From Polyangiales bacterium (GTDB lineage Bacteria; Myxococcota_A; Polyangia; Polyangiales; Houyiibacteriaceae): a stretch of 33,544 nt of DNA. The translations under genes and the position numbers were made by a program. Positions 7,295 to 16,997 of the stretch are shown in pieces. Under the pieces are notes generated by a model. That model was given only the letters and a program-made list of their open reading frames with translations, did not search any database and was not told where the DNA came from. The stretch's first letter is position 1. The number at the start of each line of letters is the position of its first letter. The stretch covers positions 1 to 33,544 of the forward strand of contig JBGCFM010000204.1 of NCBI GenBank assembly GCA_045106895.1, in the 5' to 3' direction.

Positions 7295-8764
7295 ATGGTG
7301 GACGTCTTTGAGAGCACGGGTTGGGGGCGTTTCCTCTGGGTAGGAGTTCTCCTCCTGGCCCTTGGCGCTTGCAGCACGGAGGAGACGGGCCACCAGCTTC
7401 GCGTCGACCTCGTCACCGACTTTTTGCCGGGGAGTGAGTTCGACGCTGTCCGCGTGTCCATCGGCCAAGGGGACGTTCGAGAGAACTTCGCTCATGTCGT
7501 CGATCCCTCCCGAGACTATGTTCGTGGAGTCGCCCTTGGGGACATTCGGGTCCCCGCGAGCGAGCAAGCCATCGAGGTCTCTCTCTTTCAAGACGGTGCC
7601 CTCGTCATCGCGCGTCAGGTCTCTGTCATCGTACAAAGCGCGGTCACCGTCGCCACGGTGGTGATCACACGCGACTGCCGAGGTGTGATGTGTCCAGGCT
7701 TAGGCAATCCACTTCTCGCTAGCTGCCTCGGCGGTGAATGCACCGACCCCCGCTGCACCGTCGAGACGCCGGAGTTCTGCCCGGAGGGCACGTGCTTCAC
7801 CGAGTCTGACTGTCCCGCGCATGCTTGTGCTCAAGCCACGTGCGTCACCGGCGCCTGCCTCTACGACCCCGATGACAGCGCATGCGAGGCAGGCCAACGC
7901 TGCGACCTTGATCTCGACTGCGTCGCGGGTGATTTCGACGCCGGCGCGCAGGACGCGGGCATGCCAGATGTTCGTGTTCCCGATGCCTTCACAACTCCGG
8001 ATGCAGGGCCCGTGGAGATGGACGTTCCGGTGGTGGACGTATTTGACGCGGGTCCGCCACCGGGCTGCTCTGGCCCTGACGACGACACGCTCTTCCTCTA
8101 CGACTTCAGTGGAGAGATGGACCTGGTCAGCGGTTACGCCGGGAGTACGCGCAGCGGCGGAGCGCTCACCCCCGGCGACTCTCCCTGCGACCCACAAGTC
8201 CTCACCACCCCAAGCCCGCTGGCGAGTCGCTTCGTGGTTCCTGACCAAGCTTCGTTTCGTGTCGCCGAGGGGTCTCTGGATTTCTGGGTTCGTCGCCCCA
8301 CGACGTTAACGGGGTCCGCCGTCGGTGTCTTCTCGCGGGACGAACTCGACATCGAGACGGAGGGACAGCTCACGCTCTTCTTCTCCTTGGAGGAGCGCTT
8401 CGTGCTGCGAGGCCAGATCAACGACAGCCTCAGCGTGCGGCTCTGCTCGCAGGACCCCGTTCCCGCCGAAGAGTGGATACGCGTCGGAATCAACTGGGGA
8501 CCCGGGGGCCTTGAGCTGTATCTCAACGGAGTGCTCCAGATGGGCGCCGGGGCCGTGGGGATATTCACCGAGAGCGACACTGGATGCAGTGGAAGCAGCA
8601 TCCCCTTTTCCATCGCAGGCACACAAAACCCCTTCGTTCTTGGCGCGAGCATTCACCGCAGCGCGCCGGGTGAAGATGAGCCCGCGGCGCACCCTGGGCC
8701 GGACTGGCAATACTCCCACTTTCGCCTCAGCGGCGTTCGGCGCGACTACGCCGCCGAACTCTAG
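7295..8764 (+). CDS. Putative lipoprotein with Cys-rich region and C-terminal LamG/ConA-like domain
   Basis: Lipobox LALGAC, Cys-rich middle, DAG linker, GSLDFWVR...WIRVGINW...LELYLNG LamG-like pattern. Confidence 0.7.
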   Translation: MVDVFESTGWGRFLWVGVLLLALGACSTEETGHQLRVDLVTDFLPGSEFDAVRVSIGQGDVRENFAHVVDPSRDYVRGVALGDIRVPASEQAIEVSLFQDGALVIARQVSVIVQSAVTVATVVITRDCRGVMCPGLGNPLLASCLGGECTDPRCTVETPEFCPEGTCFTESDCPAHACAQATCVTGACLYDPDDSACEAGQRCDLDLDCVAGDFDAGAQDAGMPDVRVPDAFTTPDAGPVEMDVPVVDVFDAGPPPGCSGPDDDTLFLYDFSGEMDLVSGYAGSTRSGGALTPGDSPCDPQVLTTPSPLASRFVVPDQASFRVAEGSLDFWVRRPTTLTGSAVGVFSRDELDIETEGQLTLFFSLEERFVLRGQINDSLSVRLCSQDPVPAEEWIRVGINWGPGGLELYLNGVLQMGAGAVGIFTESDTGCSGSSIPFSIAGTQNPFVLGASIHRSAPGEDEPAAHPGPDWQYSHFRLSGVRRDYAAEL

Positions 8765-8907
8765 CGTGCCACTAGTGCGATCCCCCTTCGATCCCGCTTC
8801 GCTCCGGCGTCGCGCCTCGCTCGCCGTTGGCGTTTCGATCACTTTCGGCTAAATCGGGTTCGTCGCTGCGGCGGCCCGCTCCAAGTTCACGTTCCTCCTT
8901 CCTAACG

Positions 8908-10605
8908 ATGCATATGCCACGCCCACTCTTTGTCTTCGCGCTCTTCGCTCTCGCCGCATGTGATTGCGCCTCTGGTCAATCGGGTACGCGCCCCGACGCG
9001 GGGACCATCGGGGACAACGACGCGGAGGTGCCTTTTGATGCTGCCGGGCGAGACAGTGGAGCTTCCGAAGCTATCTGCGACAACGGCCTCGACGACGACG
9101 CCGATGGTCGTGTGGACGAAGGGTGCTTTTGCGCACCCGGAGCCACTCAACAGTGCTACCGAGGAGATGCGAGCGAAGCCGGTATCGGTCAGTGCGTCTG
9201 GGGAACGCAGCGCTGCGAGACGGACTTCGAGTTTAGCGAATGGGGGGATTGCGTCGGCGACGGCGCTCCAGGCGAGCAGATGTGCGACGGCGTCGACAAC
9301 AACTGTGACCGCGTCGTCGACGAAGATTGCGCGTGCACGGTGAACGAGATCCGCGACTGCTACATCGGCCCCTCCGAGGTACTCGGTGTTGGTATTTGTG
9401 TGAACGGTTTCGAGCGATGCGTCGACCCAGGCACAGGCCCAGCGTGGGAAGGCTGCGGTGGCTCGATTCTCCCCGACACCGAAGACTGCGATGGCGGCGA
9501 CGAAGACTGCGACGGACGCATCGACGAAGACTGCAGCTGCACCGACGGCGAACGCCGCGACTGCTACGGCGGCGCACCGGGCTCCGACGGCATCGGTCTG
9601 TGCAGCACAGGACGCCAGACGTGCAGCGACGATGAGTGGGGCGAATGCGTCGGGGACACCATCCCCGTCGCCGAGGTCTGCGACGGCGGCCTCGATGAGG
9701 ACTGCGACGGCGACATCGACTGCGACGACGACGACTGCAACTGCTGTAGCGGCTTCAGTGAGACGGTGCCGGTCATTCCTGCCGAGGCCGAGGTCTTCTT
9801 CGTTGTGGACCGAAGCGGCAGCATGCAGTGGCCAGCCGTCGGAACATCCAGCTCTCGCTGGTCCGAGCTTGAAGACGCGATGGCGACCGTCTTGCCCATG
9901 ATCTCCGACACACCGATGGGTCTTCAGACCTTCCCCGAGATGAACGGTACCGATGAGCGGCTCTTCTGCGGTGTTTCAGGCAGCCCTGATGTCAACATTG
10001 GCGCCGGCACCGCGGGAGCGATTCGCTCGCGCTTGACGGCCGCTGCTCCCCGCGCAGGAGACACGCCAACGCCGGACGCCATCGGCGCAGCGGAAGCGTA
10101 CTTGGCGGGGCGCTCCACTTCGCGCACCCCCTTCGTGATCCTCGCCACCGACGGCTTGCCTGAGCCCAACTGTGGCGCGACGGTTCCTGCAACGGTGAGC
10201 GCCATCAGCGGTCTCCGCTCACGCGAAGGCATCGACACCTTCGTCATCGGCTTTGTGGGTCCGACGCGCACCGGCGACACCTCCGGCATCCCAGCTCTGC
10301 GCAGCGCACTCAACGAGTTCGCCGACGCGGGTGGTCGCCCACGCGCCGGCGCCCAGCGCTACTACGAAGCAGTCGACGGCGGCGCCCTCACAGGTGCACT
10401 GCGCTCGATCCTTGGTGCGGCGACGGAATGTCGCTTCACCTTCCCGAGCATTCCTCCCGCCGGCTCTATCATCAGCCAAGACGGGGTTGCCGTCCCCGCA
10501 TCTGGTTACACGCTGCGCGGTCGCCTCCTCGAGTTCACCGGCACTTATTGCACGCGTATTCGCGAAGGCCTCGTGAGCAGTATCAACATCCGTGAAGACT
10601 GCTAA
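8908..10605 (+). CDS. Lipoprotein with Cys/Asp-rich (MopE-like) repeats and C-terminal VWA domain (CglB-like architecture)
   Basis: Lipobox FALAAC; repeats of ExCDGxDxDCDGxxDE; MIDAS DRSGS...GDTPT...LATDG. Start ATG 8908 or 8914. Confidence 0.8.
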   Translation: MHMPRPLFVFALFALAACDCASGQSGTRPDAGTIGDNDAEVPFDAAGRDSGASEAICDNGLDDDADGRVDEGCFCAPGATQQCYRGDASEAGIGQCVWGTQRCETDFEFSEWGDCVGDGAPGEQMCDGVDNNCDRVVDEDCACTVNEIRDCYIGPSEVLGVGICVNGFERCVDPGTGPAWEGCGGSILPDTEDCDGGDEDCDGRIDEDCSCTDGERRDCYGGAPGSDGIGLCSTGRQTCSDDEWGECVGDTIPVAEVCDGGLDEDCDGDIDCDDDDCNCCSGFSETVPVIPAEAEVFFVVDRSGSMQWPAVGTSSSRWSELEDAMATVLPMISDTPMGLQTFPEMNGTDERLFCGVSGSPDVNIGAGTAGAIRSRLTAAAPRAGDTPTPDAIGAAEAYLAGRSTSRTPFVILATDGLPEPNCGATVPATVSAISGLRSREGIDTFVIGFVGPTRTGDTSGIPALRSALNEFADAGGRPRAGAQRYYEAVDGGALTGALRSILGAATECRFTFPSIPPAGSIISQDGVAVPASGYTLRGRLLEFTGTYCTRIREGLVSSINIREDC

Positions 10606-10679
10606 GAGCGGCATTTCGCTTTGGCCCTTGAATAAACGCCGCGACGGCCGCCGCTTCGATCCGCTATAGTCCGCGTCCG

Positions 10680-11651
10680 ATGGAACGCCTCGAACGGCTG
10701 CTGGATTTGGTTCACGTGCTGCAGTCTGCACGTGAGCCTGTACCTCTTTCGACGCTCAAAGAGGTCTTCCCCGACTACTCCGAAGGCAGCGACGACGCCG
10801 TCCGTCGTAAGTTTGAGCGAGACAAAGCGCAGCTGGCGCGCATCGGTCTTGTCCTCCGCTACCAAGACGACGAAGACGGCGGCACCGGCTACAGCTTGGA
10901 CATCGATGCGAGCTACCTGCCCGACTTCGTCATGGACGAGAGCGAGCGAGCACTCCTATCCACAGCGGCGCGTGCGGCGCTGGCGGACCCAGGTTTTCCC
11001 CACCGCGCTTCGCTTCGCCTCGCCCTCGCCAAACTCGGTGCGGAGCCAAGCGACGGGGCGAGCAGCGTGACGATTTCCCACGGCGCGTCTCGCTCCGGCG
11101 CAGCGGCGAGCGTCGAGGCCCTCGGCGAAGCGCTCGCGGCAAGGAAACGAGTGTTCCTTCGCCACAGAAAGCCCGGCGCGAAACCTACGGAACGTGAAGT
11201 CGACCCCTACGGGCTCTTTCTCAAAGCTGGCGCTTGGTACCTTGTCGGCCTCGACCACCTGAGCGGCGAGCAACGCATTTTTGAGCTTCGGCGCGTCGAG
11301 GAACTCACCATCAACACGAAGAAACCGGGGACGCCGGACTTCTCCGTGCCAGAGGACTTTGAGCTGGAGCCTCTTCTCTCGGTATCACCTTCGCATTTTC
11401 GTGTTCACGAACCGGTCCGCGTCGCTATCCGCGTCGACGACGAGATAGCCTTCTTGATGAAAGACTGGGGCGAGGCCACCGATGGGGTCTTCGAGTTCGA
11501 GACCTCGAATCTGCAGCATATCATCGACCAGGTGCTCTCCCTTGGACGTCGCGCCGAGCTACTCTCTCCGCCAAGCGCGCGCGAACGTGTCATCGACGCG
11601 CTGAGAGCCATACTCCGAACCCACGACGCGCTCACCTCGGGGACACCATGA
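10680..11651 (+). CDS. HTH-WYL transcriptional regulator, PafB-like
   Basis: ERLLDL...RRKFERDK winged-HTH as in PafB; WYL domain REVDPYG...AWYLVG...RIFELRRV; WCX-like C-terminus. Confidence 0.88.
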   Translation: MERLERLLDLVHVLQSAREPVPLSTLKEVFPDYSEGSDDAVRRKFERDKAQLARIGLVLRYQDDEDGGTGYSLDIDASYLPDFVMDESERALLSTAARAALADPGFPHRASLRLALAKLGAEPSDGASSVTISHGASRSGAAASVEALGEALAARKRVFLRHRKPGAKPTEREVDPYGLFLKAGAWYLVGLDHLSGEQRIFELRRVEELTINTKKPGTPDFSVPEDFELEPLLSVSPSHFRVHEPVRVAIRVDDEIAFLMKDWGEATDGVFEFETSNLQHIIDQVLSLGRRAELLSPPSARERVIDALRAILRTHDALTSGTP

Positions 11652-12532
11652 GCAAGCTGCCTGCGGACCTGACGCGTTTTCTTTTCCTCGTGCCCTTCGT
11701 GGCCGCGCGGCGCGACGGTGTGCCCGCCGATGAGCTTGCGGAGATGCTCTCCATCACGACGACGGAGCTCGGACGTCTTCTGGATCGCGTCGCCATGGTC
11801 GGCGCGCCGGACGGCGGCCCCGACGAAATGGTGGAGGTCTACCTCGAGGGCGGTCGTGTCTTCGTTGCGCTCTCCCAGCGCTTTACTCGTCCTCCTCGCT
11901 TTAGCGTCGAAGAGATGGCGGCGCTCCTGCTCGCCCTCGCGCCGCTCAACGGACTCCCTCAGCTTCAAGAAAAAGCACAGCGTCTGTCTGACCGTCTCGT
12001 CGCTCTGGCCAGCGAGCGGGCTGAAGCCTTGGCTCCCGACTTTCGCCGTCGCCTCGTCGTTCGCGCGGATGGCCAAGAGGACCCGCGGCACCTTCAGATT
12101 CTGGAGCAAGCCCTCGAAGAAAAACGCTACGTTGACGCGCGCTACTACACGGCGGGCCGCGATGCGGTTTCCGATCGGCGTATCGGACCGTGCGGACTGC
12201 TTCAAGTTCGCGGCACTTGGTACGTCGCCGCCGCCGAAGGCAAAGTCTTCAAGGTTGGACGGTTCGAGCGCATCGAGCTCAGCGACGACCACTTCGATGC
12301 CCAGCCTGTGCCTCTCAGCGATCTACGCCGGCGTCTCGAACGTATGGACTTCGGCGGCCAAAAAGTTCACTTGAGGATCGACGGTGAAGACCATCACATC
12401 CCGAGTTTTACGCCCCACGCGCTCCGGCGCTACATCCGGACTCACCGCGGTCGAGCAGAGATCGTCGCGCCCCCAAAGGGGCGCGCGGAGATCATCGAGG
12501 AGACGCAGGCGATCCTAGACCGCTACCTTTGA
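11648..12532 (+). CDS. HTH-WYL transcriptional regulator, PafC-like
   Basis: RFLFLVPFV N-terminus as in PafC; YYTAGRD...RRIGP...WY...FKVGR WYL domain; ATGA overlap with the upstream gene. Confidence 0.82.
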   Translation: MSKLPADLTRFLFLVPFVAARRDGVPADELAEMLSITTTELGRLLDRVAMVGAPDGGPDEMVEVYLEGGRVFVALSQRFTRPPRFSVEEMAALLLALAPLNGLPQLQEKAQRLSDRLVALASERAEALAPDFRRRLVVRADGQEDPRHLQILEQALEEKRYVDARYYTAGRDAVSDRRIGPCGLLQVRGTWYVAAAEGKVFKVGRFERIELSDDHFDAQPVPLSDLRRRLERMDFGGQKVHLRIDGEDHHIPSFTPHALRRYIRTHRGRAEIVAPPKGRAEIIEETQAILDRYL

Positions 12533-12547
12533 GCCCGGTCTACCCGT

Positions 12548-13435
12548 TCAGTCGCCAAGGCCGATGAACGCTCGGGCGCCGATGAGGAGCTGCCAGAACT
12601 CCGGCGCGGTGTCGCCTTGGCGTCCACCTGGACCAATGTTGAGACTTCCGTAGAGCACAGGAAACGAGAAGTTCAGGTAAGCGTCGATCTTGATCTTGTC
12701 CATGTCGATGACGTAGCCCGCCTCAAAGCCGAGGGGGATGGCGATGGGGTCACCGTTGCCGAAGCCATAGCCCACGCCGAGGTCCACGCCAAAGTAGAGA
12801 AAGTCCACGGGTGCCAGGCGCGGCTGAAGCGTGGCGCGGAGCGCGAAGGTCGCGTCGGGGTCGGTGAGCAGAGTGAGGAATTCAATTCCGCCGTCGAGGG
12901 AGAAGATCTCTCCCAGCCGGAGACGAAAGGGCGCGGCCACGACGAGGCCGAAGTTGGTCGCCGTAGGAATGTTGAAGCCAAGCTCGACACCGAGCTGGAA
13001 TGACTCGGTGTTCAGGAAGCGGTAGCGCCCATAAAGGTAGATGTCACCGAAGTCGAAGTCCGGCGCCAAGACAAAGGGCACGAGGCCGTTTCCTGCGATG
13101 CCGCCGACTGCGCTGAAGCCCACGCCGTTGTTGAGACCTTGGCGGTCGCCGGAGATACCAACTTCTAGGTCGTCGAGTATTCCGAAGGCGCCACCGAGGT
13201 TCAGCAAGAACCCATTGTCTGCCGCGCCACCGAGGTGGATCGCCGCAAAGGCGAGGTCCGCTTTGAGCGTCATCGCCGGCAGCGTGATGGGCCGCTGGGT
13301 GAAGTTCGCTGGGTACCCTTCCGAGGTTCCCGCGCTCAGAGGCGGCGGCTCGTCTTCCTGTGCGTGGGCTCTGCTTTGCAGCGCGGCGCTGCTCGTGAGC
13401 GCAAAGACGCTCGCTAGGACTAGTAGTTGTTTCAT
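12548..13435 (-). CDS. Exported protein, probable outer-membrane beta-barrel
   Basis: Signal peptide ...AHA/Q, RPITLP motif, alternating hydrophobic beta-strand pattern, C-terminal LLIGARAF; GGAGG SD. Confidence 0.65.
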   Translation of the reverse strand: MKQLLVLASVFALTSSAALQSRAHAQEDEPPPLSAGTSEGYPANFTQRPITLPAMTLKADLAFAAIHLGGAADNGFLLNLGGAFGILDDLEVGISGDRQGLNNGVGFSAVGGIAGNGLVPFVLAPDFDFGDIYLYGRYRFLNTESFQLGVELGFNIPTATNFGLVVAAPFRLRLGEIFSLDGGIEFLTLLTDPDATFALRATLQPRLAPVDFLYFGVDLGVGYGFGNGDPIAIPLGFEAGYVIDMDKIKIDAYLNFSFPVLYGSLNIGPGGRQGDTAPEFWQLLIGARAFIGLGD

Positions 13436-13501
13436 GGACCCTCCCGCCGAAGGGTCCCAAGCGAACCTTGGCGGAGCAACAAAAGCGCCCCGCCGAGGTC
13501 T

Positions 13502-14668
13502 CTAGGCTTTCCGAGCGGCGGAAAGCGCAGCTTCGAGGTCGCCCTTGAGGTCGTCCAAGCCTTCGAGGCCGACGGAGAGTCGCACGAGACCGTCGGTGAT
13601 CCCCAGGACTTCGCGCGTCGCCTTCGGCACAGAACCGTGGGTCATGATGGCGGGATGCTCGATGAGGGATTCAACGCCGCCGAGGCTCTCGGCCAGCGTG
13701 AAGAGGTGCGTGGTTTCAAGGAAAGCGCGCGCGGCAGGGAGGCCGCCCTTCAGTGCCACGGAGATCATTCCGCCGAAGCCGTTCATCTGCTTGGCGGCGA
13801 GCTCGTGCCCGTCGTGGCTCTCGAGTCCGGGGTGGACGACGTGCTCGACGCCGTCTTGGCTGGTGAGCCACTGCGCGAGCTCGAGGGCGCTCTTGCAGTG
13901 TCGCTCCATGCGAACCGGGAGCGTCTTGAGGCCGCGAAGGACCAGGTAAGAATCGAAGGGCGAGAAGATCGCGCCGGTGGCGTTCTGGAGAAACTTGAGG
14001 TCTGTTTTGACCTTCTCGTTACTCGTGATGACGATTCCGCCAACGATGTCGCTGTGCCCGTTGAGGTACTTGGTCATCGAGTGCACCACGATGTCTGCGC
14101 CGAGGGAGAGTGGGCGCTGCAGGTATGGCGTCGCGAAGGTGTTGTCGACGCAGAGCAACGCGTCACCGGCGTGGGCGACCTCCGCCATGGCGGCGATGTC
14201 GATGATCTTCAACATGGGGTTGGTTGGGGTCTCGACCCACACCAACTTCGTCGTCGGGCGCATGGCCTCGCGGACCTTCGCCGGGTCGCGCATGTCGACC
14301 CAGCTCGTTTCCACGCCGAACTTCGACATGACGGTGTCGAGGATTCGGAAGGTACCGCCGTAGACATCATCGCATGCGACGATGTGGTCGCCCGGGCTGA
14401 GGGTCTGAAAGAGCGTGGTCATCGCCGCGCAGCCGCTGCCAAAAGCGACGGCGTGGTCTCCGCCTTCGAGGGCAGCGATGCACTTCTCCAGCGTCTGGCG
14501 CGTTGGGTTGTCGGTACGTGCGTACTCAAACCCCTTATGAACGCCGGGGCTCGACTGAACGAATGTGCTCGCCAGGACGATGGGCGTCATCACGGCGCCG
14601 GAGGTGGGATCCGGGCTCTGGCCGGCGTGAATCGCGAGGGTATCGATGGAATGTGTGTCGGATGCCAT
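13502..14668 (-). CDS. Cystathionine gamma-synthase/gamma-lyase family PLP enzyme
   Basis: YARTDNPT, ETPTNP, VDNTFATP, HSMTKYLNGHSD (PLP Lys), ESLGGVESL, RLSVGLE. Confidence 0.95.
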   Translation of the reverse strand: MASDTHSIDTLAIHAGQSPDPTSGAVMTPIVLASTFVQSSPGVHKGFEYARTDNPTRQTLEKCIAALEGGDHAVAFGSGCAAMTTLFQTLSPGDHIVACDDVYGGTFRILDTVMSKFGVETSWVDMRDPAKVREAMRPTTKLVWVETPTNPMLKIIDIAAMAEVAHAGDALLCVDNTFATPYLQRPLSLGADIVVHSMTKYLNGHSDIVGGIVITSNEKVKTDLKFLQNATGAIFSPFDSYLVLRGLKTLPVRMERHCKSALELAQWLTSQDGVEHVVHPGLESHDGHELAAKQMNGFGGMISVALKGGLPAARAFLETTHLFTLAESLGGVESLIEHPAIMTHGSVPKATREVLGITDGLVRLSVGLEGLDDLKGDLEAALSAARKA

Positions 14669-14836
14669 AGGCGGCACTATCGCCCTGGCGTTGGTACGTC
14701 AAATCGGATCCCCAAATACCCCGCACTCCAGCCGGACGGCTTCCGATCTGCGGCAAAAGTCCAGAATGCCGAGAGCTTGCGGTCCCCCATCATCGCGAGG
14801 TATGCCTATTGAAGGCTCTTCAGCCGAGGATTCACC

Positions 14837-15442
14837 ATGCGCACAGCTTACTTTCTCTCTCTTATCGTTTCTCTCTCCGCCTGCAGCGGAGAGCAGCAGG
14901 TCGGCACCGACGCTCTCTGGCAGGTTCGCTGCTCCCCTGGCGTCGCAGGATGTTCGACGTCGGAAGACATCATCGACCTGACGGTGTTTGACGGTCAGAT
15001 GGCCGACGTTGGCGGCTCCATGGAGACCGTCGCGGTGCGCTGCAGCTTGATGAGCCTGGCCAATAACAACTCGCAGCTGATGAATGTCTCCATCAGCTCC
15101 CGAACTGCATCAGGGAACCAGTCCCACGTGCTCCAGGTTCAGAACGTCCTCATCGACGCCACCTCCGGCGCTGTGACCGGGACCGGCTCCATCGTGATCA
15201 AGGCCGACGACATCGACCTTGAAGGCCGCGTTGGCTCTGCGCCTCCATCGGAAGCGACACCGTGTCGCATCTCGCCCGTGACCTTCAGCGAGCGCGAAGA
15301 GGGACCGGCTATGTCATTCGAGCTCGAGTGCCGGAACATCAGTAACCCCGCAAACCCTGCGCTCACGCAGCGCGACCTGACGTTCCCGAACATGGGCGAC
15401 ATGCCTGCGAACATCAACGTCTTCAACTGCGACGGACTCTAA
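14837..15442 (+). CDS. Hypothetical lipoprotein
   Basis: Lipobox SLSAC, GAGGA SD, six Cys in the mature part. Confidence 0.75.
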   Translation: MRTAYFLSLIVSLSACSGEQQVGTDALWQVRCSPGVAGCSTSEDIIDLTVFDGQMADVGGSMETVAVRCSLMSLANNNSQLMNVSISSRTASGNQSHVLQVQNVLIDATSGAVTGTGSIVIKADDIDLEGRVGSAPPSEATPCRISPVTFSEREEGPAMSFELECRNISNPANPALTQRDLTFPNMGDMPANINVFNCDGL

Positions 15443-15450
15443 GGTGCTCC

Positions 15451-15480
15451 TTGCTGAGATGGCGAAGGTCATCTCAGCAA
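15451..15480. terminator. Inverted repeat between convergent genes (probable bidirectional terminator)
   Basis: TTGCTGAGATG / CATCTCAGCAA perfect 11-bp stem between stops at 15442 and 15494. Confidence 0.65.
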
Positions 15481-15493
15481 ATCGCTCATCTCC

Positions 15494-16081
15494 TCAGGTG
15501 AGACGAATACGAAACGTGACGCGCGGGTAGTCATCATCGACCTCGATGATCGAGGCGCCACCGTAGAACGCGACGATGCCTTCGAACTGACCGACCTGGT
15601 ATGACCAGTCGCCGGTCATCTGCCCAAAGCGCAGGATGAAGTCACCGTCCTCGTCGAGGCGGGTGAACTCCCAAGGACCGGGGGCGACTTTGTTGTACAC
15701 GGAGGGGATGTGTCCGAGCGCTTTGTACGGGTCGCCGACCATGCTCATCGTGACCTTGCCGAACATGGACTCGGCGAAGTCGTGGATGTCGTCCTTCGCG
15801 TAGCGACGTAGGGCCTCTCGCTGACTCACGTTTGGGTGCGCCACGACGGCTGCGTGGTACGAGAGCAGCGCGTGGTCGTGCTGCGGGTAGTCACGAAAGG
15901 CGAGGTAACGGTCCGTCGCCACTCGAAGAGCGCCGCTGTGTTTCGCAATGCCGGCGCCGAGCAACTTGACGGCCCGGCGGAAGAACATGCCTTTCACCGT
16001 GAAAGTATCCGGCACGGCGAGGACGCGCTCGAGATCGACGCGCCCCCTCAACATCGTGTCGCTATGTACTTCGTAGCGCAT
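15494..16081 (-). CDS. DUF2378 (Myxococcales-type TIGR02265-like) family protein
   Basis: TVKGMFF and YLAFRDYP motifs; start ATG 16081 with GGAG SD. Confidence 0.75.
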   Translation of the reverse strand: MRYEVHSDTMLRGRVDLERVLAVPDTFTVKGMFFRRAVKLLGAGIAKHSGALRVATDRYLAFRDYPQHDHALLSYHAAVVAHPNVSQREALRRYAKDDIHDFAESMFGKVTMSMVGDPYKALGHIPSVYNKVAPGPWEFTRLDEDGDFILRFGQMTGDWSYQVGQFEGIVAFYGGASIIEVDDDYPRVTFRIRLT

Positions 16082-16191
16082 GGCTCCGCGCACATTGGCG
16101 CGACTTGCGCTGCGCGCAAGACATCGGAGGAGATTGAGGCCTCGGAAAAGGACAATTGGCTCCCAAGGGAACTTCATCGCACTCTCCCCAG

Positions 16192-16965
16192 GTGACCGAG
16201 CCGAACGAGAATGACCCTTGGACCGATGACCATCTCACCGCCGGCGTCCGTATCTGGCAGCGCAAAAAGGGTCACCGCTACTCCCTCGATGACGTCCTGA
16301 CCGCTCACGAGGCCCTCGCTCAGCGTCCGAAGCCACGACGTTACCTCGACCTGGGCTGCGGAATCGGTTCCGTGTTGCTCTCGGTCTTCGAGAAGGCGCG
16401 TCCGGAGCGTGCTGTGGGTCTCGAAGCTCAAGACCAGAGCTTCGCCATGGTTCAGAAGAACGCCGCGAGAAACGAGTTCGATATCGAGCTTTTTCAGGGG
16501 GACCTGCGTGACCCAGAACGCCGCGCGGCCCTCGGCGGCCCCTTTGACCTCATCACCGGCACCCCTCCGTACGCGCCTCCAGGGACAGCGACGCCTTCGC
16601 CGGACTCGCAGCGCGCTCACGCTCGAATCGAGTATCGGGGCGGGATTGAGGCGTACTTGGAGGCCGCTGCGGAGCTCCTCGCGGAAGACGGGGACTTCGT
16701 CGTCTGCGCCGGTGGGGACCCGGCTCGAGTCGTCGCGGGGGCGGAGGGGACCTCGCTTGTGCCGCATCAACGCCTCGACATGGTTCCACGGGCCGGCCGC
16801 GGGGTGCTTTTCCACGTATGGCGCTTTCGCGCGGAGCCTGCGGAGCTGCGCGTGAAGAGTTTTGTGGCCCGCGACGAAGCCGGAGAGCGAACGCAGGCTT
16901 ACGTGGACTTGCGCGCATTCTTCGGGCTGCCGCTGCCAAGTCAGGTCAGTGGCGGGTCGACGTAG
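16192..16965 (+). CDS. SAM-dependent methyltransferase, tRNA1(Val) m6A37 (TrmN6/YfiC)-like
   Basis: QRKKGHRYSLDDVL, LDLGCGIG, DLITGTPPY, ARIE motifs. Start GTG 16192 (alternative TTG 16156). Confidence 0.8.
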   Translation: MTEPNENDPWTDDHLTAGVRIWQRKKGHRYSLDDVLTAHEALAQRPKPRRYLDLGCGIGSVLLSVFEKARPERAVGLEAQDQSFAMVQKNAARNEFDIELFQGDLRDPERRAALGGPFDLITGTPPYAPPGTATPSPDSQRAHARIEYRGGIEAYLEAAAELLAEDGDFVVCAGGDPARVVAGAEGTSLVPHQRLDMVPRAGRGVLFHVWRFRAEPAELRVKSFVARDEAGERTQAYVDLRAFFGLPLPSQVSGGST

Positions 16966-16997
16966 GCGAGCCCAGGTGCCATAGCGGGCCGAACGCC

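Noticed and set aside
8777..8840. Short CTTCGATCC/CTTCGCTCC-like repeats in an intergenic region
   Set aside because: Too short and degenerate to support a defined element; unrelated to the transposase core.
13427..14812. Long antisense ORFs (also 6237-7124, 11405-12292, 18439-19548, 21706-22908, 25961-27178 and the minus-strand ORFs over 30237-33353)
   Set aside because: Shadow ORFs typical of high-GC coding DNA opposite well-supported genes.
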